A stretch of 64,000 bases of DNA from Spirochaetia bacterium (GTDB lineage Bacteria; Spirochaetota; Spirochaetia; CADAEX01): NCBI GenBank assembly GCA_963662795.1, contig OY759746.1, forward strand, positions 416,001 to 480,000, read 5' to 3'. Of this stretch, positions 1 to 12,391 are shown one piece after another (position 1 is the first letter of the stretch; each line of letters begins with the position of its first letter). The notes beneath the pieces are model-generated. The model had not been told where the DNA came from and did no database searches. It saw nothing but the letters and a program-made list of their open reading frames with translations. Both the position numbers and the translations under genes were made by a program.

Positions 1-864
<864 letters not shown>

Positions 865-1021
865 ATATTACTTTTTAACCCTTCTCTATATTCTCCGTAC
901 TACTTTTCTTTCATACAGGAATCTTCTTTTTAAAGACCGAAGCCATTGATGGCGTAGGTGCAGGATTTTTATCCCGTTTACCGGGATTTCCACGGATGGT
1001 TAAATCCTGCCTGATTTTCTC

Positions 1022-1095
1022 TGGAGGCACAGGGACTCGAACCCTGGACCCTCGGCTTGCAAAGCCGATGCTCTAGCCAACTGAGCTATGCCCCC
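1022..1095 (-). tRNA. tRNA-Ala(TGC) in the 16S-23S spacer
   Basis: GGGGGCATAGCTCAGTTGGCTAGAGCATCGGCTTTGCAAGCCGAGGGTCCAGGGTTCGAGTCCCTGTGCCTCCA folds as a cloverleaf; anticodon TGC, G3:U70 pair; CCA not encoded. Confidence 0.97.
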
Positions 1096-1297
1096 TAGTC
1101 GGGGACAATCCCCTGTGACAGAGGGTAAACCCCATCGTATGCCAAGTATTTTATATTCAACATACATATATTAAAAAAAGAGGGAGACCTGAAGCTTAAA
1201 TGGGCCGCCTTACCTTAATTTCCTGTGATTGCTCACATTCAATTTAATAAGGACTTTATTTTACCCTGCTTAAAAAAGCAGAGCTTTATACCTTTCT

Positions 1298-2848
<1,551 letters not shown>

Positions 2849-2943
2849 TATTCCATCAAGCCTAAGCTTGATAGTTTCTAATTTCGTTTCTCTCCCAGCT
2901 TCACTCTTACAAAAAAATGAAACTGTCAAAAATTACTTCTTGA

Positions 2944-2982
2944 CCCGCTTCAGGTCCCTTCTCTTCTTCTTTTAAAGAACAT
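2944..2982 (-). promoter_or_regulatory. rrn leader: boxA antiterminator and 5' arm of the 16S processing stem
   Basis: Minus-strand TGTTCTTTAAA (boxA); the leader segment gcttcaggtcccttctc is complementary to the spacer segment gagggagacctgaagc at about 1180-1195. Confidence 0.6.
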
Positions 2983-3292
2983 ACCATTCATCCTGTAATG
3001 CAGGGTAAATGGTTTTCCACCCTAGCAACTTATGTGCCAAAATGCTCAATATTTGTAGCAGAAATTGATTTTTATGTCAATCAGTTCCTGTTATTTTTTG
3101 ATAAATGCATATTGGACTGTTTTTTGTTTTATCTCATTCAATAAATAAGATAAAACACATTTTCCAATATTTTTACAGACAAAAAAATCCCGACATTTTT
3201 ACCAGTTCGAGATTGTTTTTTTCTTTGGAACTATAAGCAATTTGAAAGGCTTGACAATTCCCATCCCACTGCAGAATCATTCTGCGCTATGA

Positions 3293-3321
3293 ACACTATC
3301 TTTTTATCGGTTTTATGTCAA
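3293..3321 (-). promoter_or_regulatory. Putative sigma70 rrn promoter (P1-like)
   Basis: TTGACA-17 bp-TAGTGT on the minus strand; a second weaker TTGACA-17-TACAAA lies at 3052-3080. Confidence 0.5.
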
Positions 3322-3460
3322 TAATAATTTATATCTTTTAACTCCAATTTATAATAAATGAACAACTATTTCAAATTATTTTACTTTACACTTTTAAGTG
3401 AAAGCACTGTAATTAAACAGATATAACAATGTCTCTTCAGGTTAAAACCATATTGCCCGG

Positions 3461-3694
3461 TCAGTCCTGCTTATCAGTTTTCACGTTCTTTTTTTTTCTA
3501 AAAACAGAAAGACTTTTTACCATATATCCGGCAGAGAATCCGACAAAAAGAAGCGCAAATATCAAAATGATAAGCGGAACTTCTATAGTATAAAAAAAGA
3601 TTACAAACGAAACCGGCTGAAGGTTCATCATTGAAATTATTGTAATAAGAACTACAAACGCAATTATCAGAAAATTAACTATTTTTCTAATCAA
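3461..3694 (-). CDS. Small two-TM membrane protein, LapA/DUF1049-like
   Basis: 77 aa, N..pVs..fff...evPLiiLi....fvG pattern, basic C-terminus. Confidence 0.7.
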   Translation of the reverse strand: MIRKIVNFLIIAFVVLITIISMMNLQPVSFVIFFYTIEVPLIILIFALLFVGFSAGYMVKSLSVFRKKKNVKTDKQD

Positions 3695-3787
3695 TTTATT
3701 TCCTCTTTGCTGATAATTTATTATTGATCAGCACTATAATTATCGCTTATTTTTTCCTGAATTTCTATTGGAATTTTTACTTAATAA

Positions 3788-4294
3788 TCAGGATTTTTCT
3801 TTCAATCTGTTTCTGAATATTTCTTTTATACCTCCTGATTCAAGAATATTTAAAACATAATCTGAAAGTTTTTCCGTCTGCAAGGTTTTCCCTGTTGTTG
3901 TATTTATTATTTTTCCTGATTTAATGTCAGCTGTCAGCTGATCGCCATTTTTAACCGCTGAAGAAATGCCTCTGCATACTAAAAGCGGCAATGCAAGATT
4001 AATGGCATTCCGATAAAATATTCTGGAGAATGATTCGGCAATTACAAGACTGATTCCAGCACTTTGAATTGTAATGGCGGCATGTTCCCTGCTTGATCCA
4101 CACCCGAAATTAGGTCCGGCCACAATGATATCGCCCGGGTTAATTTTCATTACAAAATCAGGATCAGCCCCCTCAAGACAATGAAGAGCAATTTCTTCAG
4201 GTTTAACAAGCTCAAGATATTGACCGGGATAGATTTCGTCTGTTGATACATCTTTTCCTAATAAAAATGCTGTACCTTGAAATTCTGCTTTCAT
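3788..4294 (-). CDS. 3-isopropylmalate dehydratase/homoaconitase small subunit-like (LeuD/HacB family)
   Basis: DVSTDEIYPGQYL, GPNFGCGSSREHA, AESFSRIFYRNAINLALP; true start MKAEFQG at 4294. Confidence 0.9.
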   Translation of the reverse strand: MKAEFQGTAFLLGKDVSTDEIYPGQYLELVKPEEIALHCLEGADPDFVMKINPGDIIVAGPNFGCGSSREHAAITIQSAGISLVIAESFSRIFYRNAINLALPLLVCRGISSAVKNGDQLTADIKSGKIINTTTGKTLQTEKLSDYVLNILESGGIKEIFRNRLKEKS

Positions 4295-4295
4295 T

Positions 4296-5555
4296 TTAGT
4301 TTTCCTTAAAATATTCCCGCGGATCTGTAATTTTTCCTGCGACAGCAGATGCGGCAACGGTTGCCGGTGAGGCGAGATAAATACGCGCTTTTGAACTACC
4401 CATTCGTCCTGGAAAATTTCTATTTGTCGCAGAAATGCAGACCTCATCATCAGCCAACAGACCTGCGTGAGTTCCGAGACAGGGGCCGCACCCTGGTGTG
4501 TTAAACACAGCGCCAGCGGCAATAAGATCACTTACATAACCTTTCTCAAGAGCTTTCAAATAAACTTCACGGGAAGCCGGTGTGATAATAAGCCTTGTCC
4601 CTTTATTAACATGATTATTTCTCAGAACTTCTGCAGCCGAACAGATGTCCTCAAGTCGACCGCCGGTACAGGAACCTATAAAGGCCTGATCAACATGAAC
4701 ACTTGTTACATTTTCAATTTTTTCAACACTATCAACCCTGTTTGGGCATGACACCTGAGGCGACAGGGAAGTAACATCAAATTTGAATTGATTGAAATAG
4801 TTGAAATCACGATCAGTCTCATCAATTAATATTTCTTCCTTCATCCGTCTTTTAAGATACTCAAGAACTTTGAAATTAGGTTTCATATATGCAGTTTTTG
4901 CACCCATTTCCACAGCCATATTGCATATAGTCATCCTTTCAGCAACATCTGCATTTTCAACATATTCACCGCAGAATTCAATTGCCTGATAAACAGCAGC
5001 ATCAGATTTCAATTCTCCAAGTATTTTAAGAATAACATCCTTGGCAAATACTCCAGGTTTTAATCTTCCGTTTATCTCAATTTTTATGACTTCAGGAACC
5101 CTGAACCAAAGTTCACCGGAAATCAATACAACAGCCGCATCCGTCGCACCAATCCCGGTTCCAAAAGCGCCGAAAGCTCCGTGAGTAGTAGTATGTGAAT
5201 CGGTCGCGACAAGGATCATACCAGGGCGTATGATTCCAGCTTCAGGCATGACCTGATGACAAACTCCGCATTCAACGTCAAAATGATAAGTAAAATTCTG
5301 TTTCTTTGCGAACTCCCTCATTTCCTTATGAATCTGGGCTGTTCTTATTGTCGACGCCGGAGCATAGTGATCAAAAATAAATGAGACTTTATCTGGATCA
5401 CGGACTTTATCTCCACCCATTTCGTAGAATGATCTGAGAACCTGTAAATATAAATCGTTAATCTCAAGAAAATCAATTTTGCAATTAAGTATTTCCCCTG
5501 CTGTTACATCAGATTTACCTGATGCCCTTGCAAACATTTTTTCAATGGCATGCAT
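4296..5555 (-). CDS. Aconitase-family large subunit (LeuC/HacA-like)
   Basis: FDH, GVCHQ, DSHTTTHGAFG, GSCTGGR, PGCGPCLG, ATNRNFPGRMG; three Fe-S cysteines. Confidence 0.93.
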   Translation of the reverse strand: MHAIEKMFARASGKSDVTAGEILNCKIDFLEINDLYLQVLRSFYEMGGDKVRDPDKVSFIFDHYAPASTIRTAQIHKEMREFAKKQNFTYHFDVECGVCHQVMPEAGIIRPGMILVATDSHTTTHGAFGAFGTGIGATDAAVVLISGELWFRVPEVIKIEINGRLKPGVFAKDVILKILGELKSDAAVYQAIEFCGEYVENADVAERMTICNMAVEMGAKTAYMKPNFKVLEYLKRRMKEEILIDETDRDFNYFNQFKFDVTSLSPQVSCPNRVDSVEKIENVTSVHVDQAFIGSCTGGRLEDICSAAEVLRNNHVNKGTRLIITPASREVYLKALEKGYVSDLIAAGAVFNTPGCGPCLGTHAGLLADDEVCISATNRNFPGRMGSSKARIYLASPATVAASAVAGKITDPREYFKEN

Positions 5556-5624
5556 GAATAGTCCTTAATTTATCATTAATAATCCGGTCATAATTCAACA
5601 ACCGGATTATTAGGCTAATAGCTC

Positions 5625-6935
5625 TTACAATCCTACGCCAATAGTTGAAGCTAGAATACTGGCAATAATAATAATCAATGCACCGCCGATTCTGCTTGAT
5701 ATTTGTGCAAAAGGCATCAATTCCATTCTTTTAGCAGCTCCGAGAGTAGCAATATCACCGGAACCTCCCATGTTTGCCATACACAATCCTGCTGTTATTG
5801 AGGATTCAACTGGATAAAAACCAATAAGTTTTCCGACAATCCATGCACCTGCAACAGCGCCTGTCAAGGTAGTGAAAACCAGTATCAGATAGGTAAAAGT
5901 CAAAGCTTCAAAAACAATTGAAAGATCTGTATAAACAAATCCGATGCCGAATAAGACAGCAGGAATAGATACTTTCATGATAAATCCGTACCACTGTGTA
6001 ATCTGTTTTTCAAGCTGTTTAGGGAAAAACCCTGATATTTTTACTGCCGCTACTGCTATAATTGTCCATGCATAATAATGTATTTGAGGAATAATTTTAT
6101 TTAACATAATGCCAATTGAGAAAAATATTCCGGTTATAATGATACCGGTACCCATATACATATAATTTATTTCTTCTTTTTCTTTTTTTGACTCTTCAAG
6201 CTTAACGCCTTTTATCAGCATTCCGTTTCCTGTTGTAGTCGGGTATTTTGTCCCAATTTTATTCATGAATCCGGCAAAAACAATTGCAAGTGCATTTCCC
6301 AGCGCAACAGCAGGCATCAACAATGATAAATAATAAGTATTATCCTGTGAAAGAATAGAACCGTACATTTGTGATGTTGGAACAGCTCCTGCGGATGTAC
6401 CTCCTCCCATTATCGGCAGTGCAATAAACATCACGGCCTGTTTCCAGCCGTAACCCATCAGCTGTCCAACTAAACCTGTTAAAGCAAATGCTGAAACTAT
6501 AGCAGTTATAATCGGAAGAAAGTATAAACTACCTGCTTTAATCAACAGTTTGCGATCCATGCTCAGTATACTTCCGCAAATAAGAGCTCCGACAGCTAGG
6601 CCGATATAATCCATAGGTTTAATAAAATCAATGATTACTTTACTTGTCCCTTCAGAAAATAGTTTAAAATATGCAAGTGTAGCTGCTGCAAAAATGGCAA
6701 CGAATGGACCACCCCCAAAATAATCTTTTATTATCGGAATATTATCTCCCAATTTTTCCAATAAGAGACCAAAAATGGTACAGATAAAAAATCCGCCAAG
6801 AAATCCTTTTGGTGTAGCATTAAACATGACCCCAATTATTGTAATTATCAGAAAAATAATGAAATATCTTGTCTGGATAAATCCAAAAAAAGTTGTATCC
6901 AAAATACTTTTTTTAGCTTTTGTATCATCACTCAT
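5625..6935 (-). CDS. 2-hydroxycarboxylate transporter (CitS/MaeN, 2-HCT family)
   Basis: PIMGGGTSAGAVP, GLCMANMGGSGD, RMELMPFAQISSRIGGA motifs; multi-TM. Confidence 0.93.
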   Translation of the reverse strand: MSDDTKAKKSILDTTFFGFIQTRYFIIFLIITIIGVMFNATPKGFLGGFFICTIFGLLLEKLGDNIPIIKDYFGGGPFVAIFAAATLAYFKLFSEGTSKVIIDFIKPMDYIGLAVGALICGSILSMDRKLLIKAGSLYFLPIITAIVSAFALTGLVGQLMGYGWKQAVMFIALPIMGGGTSAGAVPTSQMYGSILSQDNTYYLSLLMPAVALGNALAIVFAGFMNKIGTKYPTTTGNGMLIKGVKLEESKKEKEEINYMYMGTGIIITGIFFSIGIMLNKIIPQIHYYAWTIIAVAAVKISGFFPKQLEKQITQWYGFIMKVSIPAVLFGIGFVYTDLSIVFEALTFTYLILVFTTLTGAVAGAWIVGKLIGFYPVESSITAGLCMANMGGSGDIATLGAAKRMELMPFAQISSRIGGALIIIIASILASTIGVGL

Positions 6936-6975
6936 AATAACTCCTTATTTTTTTTTGATACGAGGTAATTCTGTA

Positions 6976-8163
6976 TTACTGATCTACTACTGAACCATCA
7001 GTATTTAATCTTGTATTAATGGGTTTTCGTTTATAGAGATATTTTTCTTCTATCCCATCAATTAAATCAATTCCAATTCCGGGTTTATCAGATAATACCA
7101 AAAATCCGTCTACTGTTTTAGGAACCCATGTTACAAGATCACTTTGTTTAAAATCATTTTTCTTAATTGCATCTGTACTGCAGAATAATTCTGTAGCGCC
7201 GACCTTTTCGTGATCAGGCAGTTCCTGTAAAGCAAAATTTTCCGTTGAAACGGCAATTTGCATACAAGCTGCTGTACTAACCGGACTTAAAGGATTATGC
7301 GGAACAATCATTATCCCGCGAGCCTCAGCTATAGCAGCAATTTTTTTGGTTCCGGTTATTCCGCCGCAAATACAAACACTTGTCCGTGCATATGCCATTG
7401 CATTTCTTGAAAAAAGCATTTCATATTCCTGAATTGTATGTATTCTTTCCCCTGTAGCAATTGGAACATTGATTCTGTTTGCAATAAGAGCCATGGAATC
7501 AAAATTATCAGGAGCAATAGGATCTTCAAGAAAGAAAGGATTATATTTTTCCACAGCATGCGCAAAAGAAATTGCCTCAGCAGGTTTCAATCTTCTGTGA
7601 AGTTCCAGACACAAATCTACATCGTCGCCAACGGCATCACGAATCATTCTAACCCTATCAGCAGCTTCATTTATCATTTTTGCATATGGCAGAAAATAAG
7701 GTTTACTTCTTGGTTCATCGAGAAAGGGAGATAAATGGCCAACCGCGTTATATCCCAATTTCTTTGCTTTAACGCATTCTGCTATCAATTCATCTGTAGT
7801 CTGTCCCATTACATGATAATAAGTCCGGATTTTATCTCTACATTTACCACCAAGCAATGTATATGTAGGTACATTAAACTTTTTACCTGCAATATCCCAT
7901 AGTGCAATATCAATAGCGCTTATTGCCCCCATAATTGCGGCGCCCCTAAAATGATAGCATCTGTACATGTACTGCCAGTGATGTTCTATGTTCAGAGGAT
8001 TTTTACCTATCAGATATGCTTTAAAAGAATTGACTGCTTCAGCAGAAGCGTCAAGAAATCCCCACGCTCCTGACTCACCCACTCCCGAAAATCCTTCATC
8101 CGTAAAAATCTTGACATACATAAACATATTAGCCTGTATTACTTTGATTTCTGTTATTTTCAA
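6976..8163 (-). CDS. Mandelate racemase/enolase-superfamily acid-sugar dehydratase (DgoD-like)
   Basis: GVGE, AISAIDIALWDIAGK, LLGG..RDKIR, EDP, TGER, PHNP, PGIGI; TTG start with GGAGG RBS. Confidence 0.9.
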   Translation of the reverse strand: MKITEIKVIQANMFMYVKIFTDEGFSGVGESGAWGFLDASAEAVNSFKAYLIGKNPLNIEHHWQYMYRCYHFRGAAIMGAISAIDIALWDIAGKKFNVPTYTLLGGKCRDKIRTYYHVMGQTTDELIAECVKAKKLGYNAVGHLSPFLDEPRSKPYFLPYAKMINEAADRVRMIRDAVGDDVDLCLELHRRLKPAEAISFAHAVEKYNPFFLEDPIAPDNFDSMALIANRINVPIATGERIHTIQEYEMLFSRNAMAYARTSVCICGGITGTKKIAAIAEARGIMIVPHNPLSPVSTAACMQIAVSTENFALQELPDHEKVGATELFCSTDAIKKNDFKQSDLVTWVPKTVDGFLVLSDKPGIGIDLIDGIEEKYLYKRKPINTRLNTDGSVVDQ

Positions 8164-8182
8164 TAATCACCTCCTGATTTTA

Positions 8183-8245
8183 TTGGTAGTACCTCTTACC
8201 TCATACCACTTTAGGCAGAATAAAATACAATTTCTGATCTGTCAA
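8183..8245 (-). promoter_or_regulatory. Promoter of the dehydratase operon with a candidate FadR-type operator
   Basis: TTGACA-17-TATTCT on the minus strand (8217-8245); TGGT/ACC(A) half-sites at 8183-8208 just downstream. Confidence 0.5.
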
Positions 8246-8357
8246 GAAATATTTGTTAATTTTTATGCACTATTTTTAGTTTTGCTCTTATTGATATTAA
8301 ACAGTTAATGGATTATATTCAGGACAGTCACTTTTTATATATAGAGAGTTTTGAAAC

Positions 8358-9062
8358 ATGGAATCAATCAAGAAAATTGTCATTTATGAAGCAGTAGTCA
8401 GCGAAATTATTAAATATATAAAATCAAACAATTTAAAAAATGGAGATAGAATTCCAACTGAACGGGAAATGTCATATCTGTTAAATGTTAGTAGAAATTC
8501 AATCAGAGAAGCTCTCAAAATCCTTGAAGCAAATTATATTATAACTATAAAACATGGCAGCGGGATCTATGTAAATTCTTTTAACAGTCTTGAATTTAGC
8601 CTTTATGAAACATCCAATGAGCAAAAAAATGTTCTACTCAATATAAAACAATTAGCTGAAGCAAGGCAAATGATAGAGACCTTTTGCAGTATAGAAGTTT
8701 CAAAAATTATCACTAAAGAACAGTTAAATACTTTATTTGAATATGAGGAATATGAAAATATGTTAATTTCAAGTGATAATATAACAGATATCAATAAAGT
8801 TTACCCTGGTTTCGGGCTGGAGTTAATGATAACAGATATATTTGGTAATCCTTTTATTAAAAATAATCATAAAAGAATGGAAGATTTATGGAGAAAGCAG
8901 CTGAGTCTGATCAATTCGGTTCCATTTCCTTTGGAATTAAGACATGATGATCATATTGAAATAATTACTTCGATTAAGAACAAGAATAAGAATAAAATAG
9001 AAAAAGCTGTAGAAAAACATATAAAAAGAACTGTTACTGCTATTGACAGATTATTGTCTTGA
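8358..9062 (+). CDS. GntR-family regulator (FadR subfamily), divergent from the catabolic operon
   Basis: GDRIPTEREMS..LNVSRNSIREALK..HGSGIYV HTH; FCD-like C-terminus. Confidence 0.92.
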   Translation: MESIKKIVIYEAVVSEIIKYIKSNNLKNGDRIPTEREMSYLLNVSRNSIREALKILEANYIITIKHGSGIYVNSFNSLEFSLYETSNEQKNVLLNIKQLAEARQMIETFCSIEVSKIITKEQLNTLFEYEEYENMLISSDNITDINKVYPGFGLELMITDIFGNPFIKNNHKRMEDLWRKQLSLINSVPFPLELRHDDHIEIITSIKNKNKNKIEKAVEKHIKRTVTAIDRLLS

Positions 9063-9196
9063 CTTCTTATTGCATTAAAATATTTTTTGATAAAATCCCA
9101 GCATATATTATATAATTTTCAATTTTTATAAATACTTGTTTTACCTTTATTTGTTCCTTATAATCAAGTTAGCATGTAGACTGTTTGGAGGTTCAT

Positions 9197-10207
9197 GTGA
9201 AATACAAAATATTAGGCAATACCGGCGTGAAGGTGTCTGAGCTTTGTTTCGGAACCATGTCTTTCGGGAGCACTGCTGATGAAAAAACTTCCGCGGAATT
9301 ATTTAATACATGCCGTGATGCAGGGATAAATTTCTTTGATTGCGCTGATGTTTACCAGAGGGGAACAGCGGAAGAAATTTTAGGCAGACTGATTAACAAC
9401 TGCAGAAGCGAACTGGTTATAACAACAAAAGCAGGATTTCCGATGAATGATGACGTAAACGGACATGGAAGCAGCCGCAGGCATCTGATGAAGGCAGTTG
9501 ATGATAGCTTGAAACGACTAAAAACAGATTATATAGATATATACTTTCTGCACCGCTTTGATGATGATACTCCCATAGAGGAAACACTGCGAGCCCTTGA
9601 TGATCTGGTCAAAGAGGGTAAAATACTTTATCCAGCAGCAAGCAATTTTGCAGCATGGCAGGTTGCCAAAGCTCTGGGCATCAGCGCCAGAGAGGGATGG
9701 TCAAAGTTTGTCTGTATACAGCCGATGTATAATCTTGTAAAAAGGCAGGCAGAAGTTGAACTTTTCCCGATGGCTGTTTCAGAAAACCTTGGTGTTATTT
9801 CCTACAGCCCTTCCGGGGCCGGACTGCTTACCGGTAAATATGGTTTAACCAAACGGCCTGATACCGGACGTATTATCGAAAATGCCATGTATAAGACCCG
9901 TTACGCGGAGAACTGGTTATTTAAGACTGCGGAAGAATTTACTGCCTTCGCTGAAGAAAGAGGGTATAATCCTGCAGCACTTGCCGTAGCCTGGGCCGGA
10001 AGTCATCAGGCAGTTACAGCACCTATAATCGGCGCTCGCACTGTATCTCAGCTGAAAGACTCTCTTGCTTCCACAGATATAAAAATGACAGCCCAACTGC
10101 GATCAGAAATAAGCAGACTTTCTCCGGAACCGCCTCCGGCAACCGACCGCAGTGAAGAGAAGACAGAAGAGTTTACTTTTAAGGCAAGGCTTAAGGAAAA
10201 GCATTAA
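9197..10207 (+). CDS. Aldo/keto reductase
   Basis: LGNTGVKVSELCFGTMSFG, FFDCADVY, SLKRLKTDYIDIYFLH, QPMYNL, PIIGART; GTG start after GGAGG. Confidence 0.93.
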   Translation: MKYKILGNTGVKVSELCFGTMSFGSTADEKTSAELFNTCRDAGINFFDCADVYQRGTAEEILGRLINNCRSELVITTKAGFPMNDDVNGHGSSRRHLMKAVDDSLKRLKTDYIDIYFLHRFDDDTPIEETLRALDDLVKEGKILYPAASNFAAWQVAKALGISAREGWSKFVCIQPMYNLVKRQAEVELFPMAVSENLGVISYSPSGAGLLTGKYGLTKRPDTGRIIENAMYKTRYAENWLFKTAEEFTAFAEERGYNPAALAVAWAGSHQAVTAPIIGARTVSQLKDSLASTDIKMTAQLRSEISRLSPEPPPATDRSEEKTEEFTFKARLKEKH

Positions 10208-10295
10208 TATGTAATTCCTGTAAAAGACAGGTTAAAAAAAATGAGGCATTATTTGCTTTTTATTTAATTATAAGTTAACTTGAATTTATAAATAA

Positions 10296-11090
10296 ATGCT
10301 TATGGAACTGCTTAAATATTACACAGTAAGGAATAATGTTACTTACAGCTGCAAAATAGGATATCTTGAATTCTGGATAAAAAAATTATCAGATGAATGG
10401 ATGATTGCCCATACTCATGACGAGGAAATGAATGAAGATCATATCATTGAAGCAAAGGGCAAACCTGACCATATTGACTGGACAAGGATAATTTCTAAAA
10501 ATTCTTCAAACAGAATTATTCTAAAACCCGCTATGCCGGATAAACCTGTAATTGTGCAGTCACAGGAAAAAATCATAATTCTTGAAAAACAGAAATCAGT
10601 CATTACTGTCAAAATCCCCGCCAGTTACAGGCTTGTTACAGAGGTAAATAATGAAGAAAAGATATTATTTGAATTCCCATCAGAAATAATGTCAAAAACA
10701 TGGTTTGGAGAGCTGCTGACCGGCATGCTGGCATACTCTCTGAATACAAAGATTATCGCAGGCAGCATTTTTCAGCCGGGTGATAATTACGTTCATTGCA
10801 GAATAAATATCAGCAATACCGCAAAAAAACCATTCGTTTTCAGAAAATTATCAGTTCCTGTGAATAATATGAATATATATGAGACAAACAGTAAAGATGA
10901 AAAGATATTTATAACGGACAATCTACTGATTGATTATGCGGATGATGATAAAATTAAAATAACTGTTGATGATATTGAACTTAAAAGTGGAAATAATAAA
11001 ATAGTTTATGAAACGCAAAAATCCATACAGGATAAATATATTCTTATAAAAGGAGTTACATCATTTATCAAAACTGTAACAGGAATATGA
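10296..11090 (+). CDS. Conserved hypothetical protein, DUF432-like, upstream of mscS
   Basis: LKPAMPDKPVIV and MSKTWFG...GMLAY motifs resemble DUF432 proteins. Confidence 0.6.
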   Translation: MLMELLKYYTVRNNVTYSCKIGYLEFWIKKLSDEWMIAHTHDEEMNEDHIIEAKGKPDHIDWTRIISKNSSNRIILKPAMPDKPVIVQSQEKIIILEKQKSVITVKIPASYRLVTEVNNEEKILFEFPSEIMSKTWFGELLTGMLAYSLNTKIIAGSIFQPGDNYVHCRINISNTAKKPFVFRKLSVPVNNMNIYETNSKDEKIFITDNLLIDYADDDKIKITVDDIELKSGNNKIVYETQKSIQDKYILIKGVTSFIKTVTGI

Positions 11091-11105
11091 TAAACGATTT
11101 ATAAA

Positions 11106-11954
11106 ATGTTTACGGAAAAAGGATTCAATTTTCAAAATTTTTTTACCCAGGATTTTATCTACAATTTTACTGTCTATTTACTTATAGCAGTAACAGGATT
11201 GATAATCCTTCGGATTATAATGCTGCTTGTCAGAAGAACCACAAAGAAAATACTTACTCCCCAGACAGCCATGATTATTAATAAAACAATATTCTACACG
11301 GGAATCGCGGTAATAGTAGTTATGATTCTTAACAGAATGGGAATAAGTGTTGCCGCTATTATCGGCGCGGCTGGTATTGTTGGTGTAGCGCTCGGTTTCG
11401 CATCACAGACAAGTGTTTCAAATATAATAAGCGGTTTATTTTTGATATCTGAAAAATCATTTGAAATCGGAGACCTTATAAGTGTCGGTAATTCTACAGG
11501 CGTAGTAATTTCGATAGATCTCCTTTCCGTAAAATTGAGAACACTTAATAATCAGTATATGAGAATCCCCAACGAATTAATTATAAAAAATGAATTAACC
11601 AACATTACAAGATATCCTATCCGGAGGATTGATATTAATGTAAGTGTTGCCTACAAGGAAGATCTAGAAAGAGTAAAAGATCTATTGATTGAAATTGCCT
11701 TACATAATCCATATTGCCTTGATGAACCCGGACCTCTTTTTTTTATCAAGGATTTTGGAAATTCAGGAATTGATATCCTTTACGGAGTCTGGTGTGTTAA
11801 AAGCGATTATCTTGCCCTGAAAAATTCCATTATGATAGATGTAAAAAAGCGTTTTGATGCAGAGGGTATTGAAATTCCGTTTCCTCATTTGTCCATATAT
11901 ACAGGGGAAGCTACAAAAAGTTTTCCTGTAATAATTAGCCGGAAAGAAGAATAA
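11106..11954 (+). CDS. mscS: Small-conductance mechanosensitive channel
   Basis: GIVGVALGFASQ..VSNIISG, FEIGDLI, IPN, GIEIPFP. Confidence 0.92.
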   Translation: MFTEKGFNFQNFFTQDFIYNFTVYLLIAVTGLIILRIIMLLVRRTTKKILTPQTAMIINKTIFYTGIAVIVVMILNRMGISVAAIIGAAGIVGVALGFASQTSVSNIISGLFLISEKSFEIGDLISVGNSTGVVISIDLLSVKLRTLNNQYMRIPNELIIKNELTNITRYPIRRIDINVSVAYKEDLERVKDLLIEIALHNPYCLDEPGPLFFIKDFGNSGIDILYGVWCVKSDYLALKNSIMIDVKKRFDAEGIEIPFPHLSIYTGEATKSFPVIISRKEE

Positions 11955-12102
11955 TCCTTCGTTATTGGCTATCCTTTATGGTCGGCGTTGTCACATCCAT
12001 GAAAACCGCTGTGCAGCATTACGGGTTTAACACGCCTGAAGCAATATAGTTAAAACATGAACGGATAAAAAGAATCCCTTAATATACAGTGGAGGTTTGG
12101 AA

Positions 12103-12391
12103 ATGAAGACGATAGTAATATTACTCATAATTATCGGTATAGTTCCCCTCCACATGGCTATAAAAAAGTCAAGGAAACCCTCAAACCTGGGGGTCATCCA
12201 CGGGAAACTATATACATACAGTAAGTACCGCACCCAGGATAAAATATCACGATGATCTTGAGTTTTACTTTGATAATGAAGCAGAGCTGATACATTTCCG
12301 TTCTGCATCGCGGTGCGGTTATTCAGATATGGGATTGAACAGTGAGCGGTATAACCGTCTAAGAAAAATATATTCAGATATGGAGAGTTAA
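12103..12391 (+). pseudogene. DUF1499-family gene with an internal deletion and frameshift
   Basis: GGAGG RBS plus MKTIVIL...PSNLGVIHGKL, then in another frame DDLEFYFDNEAELIHFRSASRCGYSDMGLNSERY (RSASR.GYSD.G.N signature); middle part missing. Confidence 0.75.

Noticed and set aside
4295-4531. 79-aa N-terminal extension of the LeuD-like ORF
   Set aside because: It overlaps the large-subunit gene out of frame; the family-like sequence starts at MKAEFQG (4294).
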